A DNA stretch of 64,000 nucleotides from Bacteroidia bacterium. Lineage in GTDB: Bacteria > Bacteroidota > Bacteroidia > JANWJV01. This document shows, piece by piece, positions 47,798-54,171 of this stretch. Made by a program: the position numbers and the translations under genes. The stretch spans positions 1,136-65,135 of the forward strand of contig JANWJV010000001.1 of NCBI GenBank assembly GCA_025451785.1, given 5' to 3'. Position 1 is the first letter of the stretch. Each line of letters opens with the position of its first letter. The notes under the pieces were generated by a model, which worked only from the letters and a program-made list of their open reading frames with translations, had not been told where the DNA came from and made no database searches.

Positions 47798-49783
47798 ATG
47801 AAAAACAAATTACTATTGGGACTCGCGCTGGTGGTTGGCTTTACGGCCGCTGCACAAAGCCCGTATGCCCCGAAACAAAAACAGGCAGCGAAAGTTCCTT
47901 CATCTTTTGCGAACGTTTCCATGCCCTTTAAAAAGAGTGATGTTTACAAAGGCGGCGATGACGAAATCGGTTTCGACAAATACGCCCTCCAGAGCAAAAT
48001 AGTGACCGCTCAGAACAAGAACTATGGCGGAAACACTGTTCAAGGTTACACCCTTAAGGTGCTCGATAGTACATATTATGATCTTCAAACCAACACGGCC
48101 ATCGGCAACAGGATGGACTGGAACTCCCAGGACAATGCCATCTCTGCAGTATGGACCCTTTGCCCCATCGCAACCCACCCTTCTTTCCCTACAAGGGGTA
48201 CCGGTTACAGCTATGGTGCTAACATGGGAACCAACTGGAGCGTGAGCGTTGCTCGCGAAGAGAACGACCGTACCGGCTGGCCCAGCATCCTGGTGACCTC
48301 TACCGGCAAGGAACTTAACATTGCCCATAACACCAACCAGATGCAGCTGCATATGATCAGCAGGAACGGCGCTGGTGGCGGTGCATGGACACAGTCTACA
48401 ACCACCCTTGCAAGCACCGCAACAGGCGGTAACCTTTGGGCAAGAGCAGTGGTTGGCGGTACCGCAAGGAAATCCATCCACATGATCTCTCTTACTGCTC
48501 CTGTAGCTAACTCAGGCGCTATTTACAAAGGAATGGACGGCGCTGTTCTTTACAGCCGTTCACTCGACGAAGGCGCTACCTGGCCTATTCTTCACCAGGA
48601 CATCGTTGGCATCGACTCTTCTGGCTATATCGGCTGGGGCGGTGACAACTACGCGATCGACGCGCGCGGCGATACCATCGCTATCGTGCTCGGCGGTTTC
48701 GACGTTGACGTTGTGCTCATGAAGTCGACCGACAACGGAACTACCTGGACCAAGAAGATCGTTCACCCCTTCCCGATCCCGAAATACGACTCAGCGATCA
48801 AAACTACCGACTGGGATAACGACGGAACACCTGACACCATCGACTCTAACGACGGTTCAGTGGCGGTTCTCCTCGACAACGCCGGTAAGGCGCACGTTTG
48901 GTTTGGCAACATGAGGGTTCTTTGTACCACTCCCGGCACCGGCAACGGACAGGGGTTGAGCTATTTCCCTTATACTGACGGCCTCATGTACTGGAACGAG
49001 ATCACACAGGGCTCTGCCACTATGATCGCTTCTTGTATGGACGTAAACCCCTCTAACGGTCAGATCGACATTCCCACCGGTGGTACTCCTCTTTCTATTG
49101 GCAGCTACTACAAGGGACTTTCTTCTTTCCCCAATGCGGGTATCGATGCTTCCGGCAAGATCTTCCTGGCTTACGCCAGCCTTGCTGAAGGTACCGATGA
49201 CGGTAACAGCAAAGCATACCGCCACACCTTCCTGATGCGCTCTGACGATAACGGCGCTACCTGGATGCAGGCGAAAGACATCGTTGACAGCACATGGCAG
49301 GGCAGCGGCAGCTCAGGTAACTTCCTCGAAGGTATCTACTGCGACGTTCTGCGCAGGGTTGACAACAACGTTCACCTGATCTATCAGCGCGACGGTTACG
49401 CGGGCCACAGCCTTTCAGGCGCCAACCCTGGCGATACCGATCCCAGCAACAAGAACCAGATCAACGAGATCTGCTACCTCCAGGTTCCTGTTAACTACCT
49501 GTTCGTAGGTAACAACGAGATCGAGACCGACCTCGCGAAGAGTGTTTCTATTTACCCGAACCCCGCGCACACCTTTACTAACGTGAGCATCGAACTTACC
49601 AAGCCTGAGAAGGTGAACGTAACGATCCTCGACATCGTTGGCAAAGAAGTGAGCTCATTCAGCAGGGATCTCCTCGCAAGCGGCATCCTCAGCGTGAACA
49701 CCTCTGCTATGCCTGCAGGTGTTTACTTTGTAAGGACCACCGTTGGCGCGCAAAGCGTAACCAACAAGCTTATTGTTGAGTAA
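47798..49783 (+). CDS. T9SS type-A CTD protein with BNR/Asp-box repeats
   Basis: Signal peptide, Asp-boxes SLDEGATW, STDNGTTW and SDDNGATW, C-terminal SIYPNPA...I.DIVGKEV...GVYFV...KLIVE. Confidence 0.9.
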   Translation: MKNKLLLGLALVVGFTAAAQSPYAPKQKQAAKVPSSFANVSMPFKKSDVYKGGDDEIGFDKYALQSKIVTAQNKNYGGNTVQGYTLKVLDSTYYDLQTNTAIGNRMDWNSQDNAISAVWTLCPIATHPSFPTRGTGYSYGANMGTNWSVSVAREENDRTGWPSILVTSTGKELNIAHNTNQMQLHMISRNGAGGGAWTQSTTTLASTATGGNLWARAVVGGTARKSIHMISLTAPVANSGAIYKGMDGAVLYSRSLDEGATWPILHQDIVGIDSSGYIGWGGDNYAIDARGDTIAIVLGGFDVDVVLMKSTDNGTTWTKKIVHPFPIPKYDSAIKTTDWDNDGTPDTIDSNDGSVAVLLDNAGKAHVWFGNMRVLCTTPGTGNGQGLSYFPYTDGLMYWNEITQGSATMIASCMDVNPSNGQIDIPTGGTPLSIGSYYKGLSSFPNAGIDASGKIFLAYASLAEGTDDGNSKAYRHTFLMRSDDNGATWMQAKDIVDSTWQGSGSSGNFLEGIYCDVLRRVDNNVHLIYQRDGYAGHSLSGANPGDTDPSNKNQINEICYLQVPVNYLFVGNNEIETDLAKSVSIYPNPAHTFTNVSIELTKPEKVNVTILDIVGKEVSSFSRDLLASGILSVNTSAMPAGVYFVRTTVGAQSVTNKLIVE

Positions 49784-49804
49784 TCAGACCTTACCTGTTT
49801 GCAG

Positions 49805-49834
49805 AGAGCCCTTGACGAAAGTCAGGGGCTTTTT
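49805..49834 (+). terminator. Intrinsic terminator
   Basis: AGAGCCCTTGAC-gaaa-GTCAGGGGCTTT followed by T runs. Confidence 0.85.
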
Positions 49835-49839
49835 GTTTT

Positions 49840-49867
49840 ACCTGCTGTAGCTTTAGCGAAGGCAGGT
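49840..49867. repeat. Short REP-like palindromic element
   Basis: ACCTGCTGTAGCTTTAGCGAAGGCAGGT: ACCTGC/GCAGGT outer stem and GCT-tt-AGC inner stem. Only one copy noticed in the window. Confidence 0.5.
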
Positions 49868-50038
49868 TTTATTCACATGAGCATTCCTCTCATCACACCG
49901 GGGAAATGTCGCCTTGTAGGTCATTTTCTACGGCTGGGTTTTCTTCTAAAATCACACTTCGTCGCCTCTTTTCTGCTGGCATTATTTTGCTGGTCTAATG
50001 CAAACTAATTAATCAATCAATTTAAAAAGGAGGTAACA

Positions 50039-50686
50039 ATGAGAAGATCAAGCAACAGAGGGTTTGCATCGATGGACCCAGAAGAACATCGTGAACTATC
50101 GCGCCGGGGCGGCCAGGCCTCTCATGGCACAAGTAATTCGCGCAGGAGCCGCAGCGATCGCGACGAAGACGACAACCGCTATCAGAACCGAAATAACTGG
50201 TACGACGAAGACCATGGATCGGGTTACGGGCGTTACAGCGATGAAAATAACGACTACAGCAGGGGCAGAAGCCGCGACAGAGAGGATGATAATTCCTCTT
50301 CCCGGGGCCGCAGCCAGGGCAGCATTTACGATGAGAACGATCATCGTGGTTCATCGAGAGGCCGAAGTCGCTATTATGATGAAGATTATCGTGGCAGCGA
50401 CTATGGTTCGAGGAGCATTCAAAGCGACTATGATGATGACGATTACCGTGGTTCGTCCAGGAACGATCAAAGGCGTTACGAAGAGGATGAGGATGATTAT
50501 CGCTATTCCGGAAGAAGAGGATATTCAAGGAGGGGCTTTGCCGGCATGGACCCAGAAGAACAGCGTGAGATCGCCAGCATGGGCGGCAGGGCCGCGCATG
50601 AACAGGGTGTTGCCCATGAGTTTGATTCAGAAGAAGCGCGCAGGGCCGGCCGTAAAGGCGGCAGAACAAGGTCGCAAAAACGCTAA
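50039..50686 (+). CDS. KGG-motif general stress protein (GsiB/YciG-like) with a long disordered R/S/D/Y linker
   Basis: RGFASMDPEEHRELSRRGG at the N-terminus, RGFAGMDPEEQREIASMGG..AHEFDSEEARRAGRKGG at the C-terminus. SD AAGGAGGT upstream, terminator downstream. Confidence 0.9.
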   Translation: MRRSSNRGFASMDPEEHRELSRRGGQASHGTSNSRRSRSDRDEDDNRYQNRNNWYDEDHGSGYGRYSDENNDYSRGRSRDREDDNSSSRGRSQGSIYDENDHRGSSRGRSRYYDEDYRGSDYGSRSIQSDYDDDDYRGSSRNDQRRYEEDEDDYRYSGRRGYSRRGFAGMDPEEQREIASMGGRAAHEQGVAHEFDSEEARRAGRKGGRTRSQKR

Positions 50687-50706
50687 TCGTATCGATCTGA
50701 AAATGG

Positions 50707-50734
50707 AAGACCGCCGCAATGGCGGTCTTTTTTT
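50707..50734 (+). terminator. Intrinsic terminator between the convergent KGG gene and bshB1
   Basis: AAGACCGCC-gcaat-GGCGGTCTT followed by a T run. Confidence 0.85.
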
Positions 50735-51449
50735 AGATAAGGCTGAAGAGGTCGTGTACGCCAATGCTGCGCTCAGTAGTGAAGGCCTCAGCGTATTCAA
50801 CATTAATGTCCCTTCCGGAGATCCGCATTTTGGCCCTTACAAAATCGAAGAAATTTTTAGAGGAGATCGGCGTCTCCGCCTCTTTGGAGTTCTTGTCGTA
50901 GAACTGCGAAGCAAAAGCCTGAATGGCTTCCATCTTCTTGTCCATGAAAGGAGTGATGTCAACCAGAATATCGGGTTTGATATAGCGGTCCTGCACATAA
51001 TGGTAAACGGCTGCCGGGCGCCAGGCCTGCTGTTCCTTCCCTCCCACCTTGGTCACTAACTTTTGAAGGCCCGACAAATAACAGGCATCCGATACCAATT
51101 GCGAAGACCTTCCATGGTCAGGATGCCGGTCAGCAACCGCATTGCATAACACAAGGAAGGGTCTGTATTGGCGTATCTTTTGGATGATGAGTTCCTGGTG
51201 AGCACGGTCGTTACTGAAAAAGCCATCAGCCATGCACAGGTTCTCCCTTACAGAAACGCCAAGGATCTTTGCCGCTTTTGCGGCTTCTTTCATACGGATG
51301 GCCGCGCTGCCGCGGGTACCCAGCTCGCCTTGTGTAAGGTCGATGATGCCGGCCTTTTTGCCCTGATGAATATGTTTGAGGATAGTGCCGGCGCAGGAAA
51401 GCTCCACATCGTCGGGGTGCGCGCCAAATGCAAGAAGATCGAGTTTCAC
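50733..51449 (-). CDS. bshB1: Bacillithiol biosynthesis deacetylase (PIG-L family)
   Basis: GAHPDDVEL, DLTQGELGTRG, DRHPDHG, AFASQF, YAEAF. GTG start. Confidence 0.9.
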   Translation of the reverse strand: MKLDLLAFGAHPDDVELSCAGTILKHIHQGKKAGIIDLTQGELGTRGSAAIRMKEAAKAAKILGVSVRENLCMADGFFSNDRAHQELIIQKIRQYRPFLVLCNAVADRHPDHGRSSQLVSDACYLSGLQKLVTKVGGKEQQAWRPAAVYHYVQDRYIKPDILVDITPFMDKKMEAIQAFASQFYDKNSKEAETPISSKNFFDFVRAKMRISGRDINVEYAEAFTTERSIGVHDLFSLI

Positions 51450-51464
51450 GTGTATTGTTTCGGC

Positions 51465-52010
51465 TTATTTACCGGTGATCCACTTTACCAGTTCTTCGTC
51501 CATGGGCTTTACCTTCGAGGAATAGTCCCCGCACCATTTTCCATTCTCATCAATGGCGAACTTCCAGAAGTTCCAGCGGATCTCGGCGTCCTTTACGCCG
51601 TTGAGCGTTTTCTGTGTGAGCCATTGGTAAACAGGATCAATGTCGGAACCTTTTACAGAAACCTTCGACATCATGGTGAAGCTCACGCCGTAGTTCTTCT
51701 TACAAAATTCCGCAATGTCCTTATTGGTACCCGGCTCTTGCGCGCCGAAGTTATTGGCGGGGAAGCCGACGATGGTAAAGTTCTTGCCACCGTATTTCTT
51801 AAAAAGCTTTTCCAGGTCTTCGTACTGAGGGGTATAGCCGCATTCGGAAGCGGTGTTTACGATAAGCACCTTTTTGCCTTTAAGCGTAGCGAAATCGAAT
51901 TCCTTGCCGTCGATGGTGGTACCTTTCAGTTCGTAGAACGATTTTACAGAGGGCTGCGCGGCCAGGTTGATGCCTAAAAGCGAAGCGACAAAGAGTAAGA
52001 ACTTTTTCAT
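51465..52010 (-). CDS. Glutathione peroxidase family protein with signal peptide
   Basis: VNTASECGYTPQY, GFPANNFGAQEPG, FCKKNY, WNF. Start MKKFLLF. TATATTTG -7 box at 52035-52042 (minus). Confidence 0.92.
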   Translation of the reverse strand: MKKFLLFVASLLGINLAAQPSVKSFYELKGTTIDGKEFDFATLKGKKVLIVNTASECGYTPQYEDLEKLFKKYGGKNFTIVGFPANNFGAQEPGTNKDIAEFCKKNYGVSFTMMSKVSVKGSDIDPVYQWLTQKTLNGVKDAEIRWNFWKFAIDENGKWCGDYSSKVKPMDEELVKWITGK

Positions 52011-52039
52011 CTTGGTTTTTATTGAATAGCTACACAAAT

Positions 52040-52181
52040 ATAGTTATTAGTTGGTTAGTTATTGGTTTTGGTTTTTTAGGTATTTGTTATGGTTTTCTGG
52101 TTGGATTCAGGCTCTGGATCATAGAACTATGACTGACAACCAAATTAACTATAACCATAAACCAACCAACCAATAACCAAT
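52040..52181. repeat. Degenerate ~7-bp tandem repeat tracts in inverted orientation
   Basis: G/T-rich left arm (ATTAGTT, GGTTAGTT, ATTGGTT, TTGGTT...) and A/C-rich right arm (AACCATA, AACCAACC, AACCAAT...). 52040-52060 matches the reverse complement of 52160-52180 at 17/21 positions. Confidence 0.75.
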
Positions 52182-52189
52182 TATCTTTG
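52182..52189 (+). promoter_or_regulatory. -7 promoter element of the ccm operon
   Basis: TATCTTTG, 7 bp before the ccmB ATG. Confidence 0.65.
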
Positions 52190-52196
52190 CTCCGGA

Positions 52197-52856
52197 ATGG
52201 CTGCCAAAGAAGTACTGCACCTAATGGGAAAAGAACTTTCCCTCGAACTGCGCCAGCGCAACGCGCTGAATGGCATTCTGCTGTATGTCATTTCCACCGT
52301 TTTTATCGCCTACCTCAGCTTCAAACATGTGATCGATCCTCCTACCTGGAACGCCCTGTTCTGGATCATCTTGCTGTTTGCCTCGGTGAACGCTGTTTCC
52401 AAAAGCTTCCTCCAGGAGAACAAAGGGCGATTGCTCTATTTGTATACGCTTGCCTCACCCCGTTCGGTGATCACCGCAAAGATCCTCTATAACATGGCCC
52501 TGGTGGCGCTGCTGTCGTTGCTCAACTTTGCCTGTTACAGCCTGTTCATAGGAAATAGTGTACAGGACATCACCCTGTTCTTGATCGTTCTTTTGCTTGG
52601 CAGCGCAGGGCTTGCCTCGGTACTTGCCATGGTATCGGCCATTGCCTCAAAAACCAATAACAGTACAGGCCTTATGGCGGTGCTCAGCTTCCCAATTTTG
52701 ATCCCTTTGCTGCTCACCCTTATCAAAGCCTCCAAGAACGCCGTTGACGGCCTCGACTGGAGCGTTAGCTATTCGTTACTGATCGTGCTGGTCGCTCTCA
52801 ACCTCCTGGTGTTCGCACTGGCCTATCTGTTATTTCCTTACCTTTGGAAAGATTAA
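52197..52856 (+). CDS. ccmB: Heme exporter protein CcmB
   Basis: KEL.LELR, LFWIILLF, SF.QE, six TMs, LSFPILIPLL, YLWKD. First gene of the ccm cluster. Confidence 0.9.
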   Translation: MAAKEVLHLMGKELSLELRQRNALNGILLYVISTVFIAYLSFKHVIDPPTWNALFWIILLFASVNAVSKSFLQENKGRLLYLYTLASPRSVITAKILYNMALVALLSLLNFACYSLFIGNSVQDITLFLIVLLLGSAGLASVLAMVSAIASKTNNSTGLMAVLSFPILIPLLLTLIKASKNAVDGLDWSVSYSLLIVLVALNLLVFALAYLLFPYLWKD

Positions 52857-52871
52857 ATTCCCTGTGAAATC

Positions 52872-53555
52872 ATGAAGAAAAACTGGTGGAAGATCGTGGC
52901 GGTTGCACTGGTGGCGTATACCATCCTGGGCGGCTTTCTTTTCGATGTGCCGCGCAGGGCGATCCTTCATGAAAGCATCCGAAATGTACATTTTCACGTT
53001 TGTATGTGGTTCGCCATGCTATTTACCATGACAGCGGCCCTGGTGTTCGGCATCCGCTACCTTCTTAAGTTCCGTACCGAAGACGATATTTACGCCTCCG
53101 AGGCAATGAACATAAGCATTCTGTTTTCGGCTCTTGGCGTGATCACCGGTTCGGTATGGGCTAAGTTCACCTGGAGCGAATGGCCCCTCTTATCGCTCAA
53201 AGGCTGGTGGGTGGACGATGTGAAGTTGAACGGTTCCGCCATCTGCATGCTGGTATTCCTCGCCTACCTGGTATTGAGAGGCGCCATTGATGAAGAACAA
53301 AAGAGCGCGAGGATCGCCGCGGTGTACAGCATATTTGCGTATGTGATCATGATCGTGCTGCTGCTTATCCTTCCCCGCTTGACCGATTCTCTGCATCCCG
53401 GCAACGGTGGCAATCCCGGCTTCAGCCAGTATGACCTCGACAGCCGCATGCGCATAGTATTTTATCCTGCTATTATCGGCTGGACATTGCTTGGTGTATG
53501 GATGATGCAGCTCCGCGTACGTATTAAAAAACTTGAACGGAAAACAGAACTATGA
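52872..53555 (+). CDS. ccmC: Cytochrome c biogenesis protein CcmC
   Basis: RNVHFHV heme His, WWD-type TGSVWAKFTW...WWVDD, SLHP second His. Confidence 0.9.
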   Translation: MKKNWWKIVAVALVAYTILGGFLFDVPRRAILHESIRNVHFHVCMWFAMLFTMTAALVFGIRYLLKFRTEDDIYASEAMNISILFSALGVITGSVWAKFTWSEWPLLSLKGWWVDDVKLNGSAICMLVFLAYLVLRGAIDEEQKSARIAAVYSIFAYVIMIVLLLILPRLTDSLHPGNGGNPGFSQYDLDSRMRIVFYPAIIGWTLLGVWMMQLRVRIKKLERKTEL

Positions 53556-53764
53556 AACGCATTCTTAGCTTTTTCGCATTCCTTATGATCGCCTTTTCTT
53601 CCTTTGCGCAGGAAGATGGCGTAGAGATGGCCGACGCGCTGCGCTCCAACGGAAAGATCTATGTGGTGGTAACGGTGTTGATGGTTATTTTCATAGGCAT
53701 CGTGCTTTACCTCGTGAGGATCGACAGGAAATTGTCTAAACTTGAATCAGGACAAAAGAAATGA
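53552..53764 (+). CDS. ccmD: CcmD-family small membrane protein
   Basis: MAD.LRSNGKIYVVV...YL.RIDRKLSKLE. Lies between ccmC and ccmE with 4-bp overlaps. Confidence 0.8.
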   Translation: MKRILSFFAFLMIAFSSFAQEDGVEMADALRSNGKIYVVVTVLMVIFIGIVLYLVRIDRKLSKLESGQKK

Positions 53765-54171
53765 AAAAGATACACGTAATAGGGATCATTGTCATCGCGG
53801 TAGCCATTGGCGCCATCATGACCACGCTGGGCAGCACCAGCACCTATGCTTCTTTTACCGAAGCCGCTCAAAAGCCCAATACTGAATTTCACGTGGTGGG
53901 AAAACTGAACAAGGACAAAGAGACCGTTTACGATCCCAAGACCAATGCCAACCTTTTCACCTTTTATATGATCGATAATAAAGGCGTTGAGAAAAAGGTA
54001 TTGCTTTACAAGAACAAACCTCAGGACTTCGAGCGCTCCGAGCAGATCGTGCTCATTGGCAAATGCACCGGCGACGAGTTCCATGCCAACGACATCCTGA
54101 TGAAATGCCCGTCGAAGTACAACGACGGCAAGCCCCAGGAAAAAACCTCCGGCGCCAAACCAGCAGCCTAA
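53761..54171 (+). CDS. ccmE: Heme chaperone CcmE, CxxxY variant
   Basis: N-terminal TM anchor, KPQDFE, F.A..ILMKCPSKY. Confidence 0.92.
   Translation: MKKIHVIGIIVIAVAIGAIMTTLGSTSTYASFTEAAQKPNTEFHVVGKLNKDKETVYDPKTNANLFTFYMIDNKGVEKKVLLYKNKPQDFERSEQIVLIGKCTGDEFHANDILMKCPSKYNDGKPQEKTSGAKPAA

Noticed and set aside
49977..49990. Sigma54-like TGGCATTATTTTGC upstream of the KGG gene
   Set aside because: The GG-to-GC spacing is 9 nt rather than the strict 10. It is suggestive only, so not called.
50064..51059. 331-aa alternative-frame ORF and 215-aa antisense ORF (50022-50669) over the KGG gene
   Set aside because: These are by-products of low-complexity sequence. The long one runs through a terminator and antisense into bshB1. 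The KGG frame has the motifs, the SD and the terminator.
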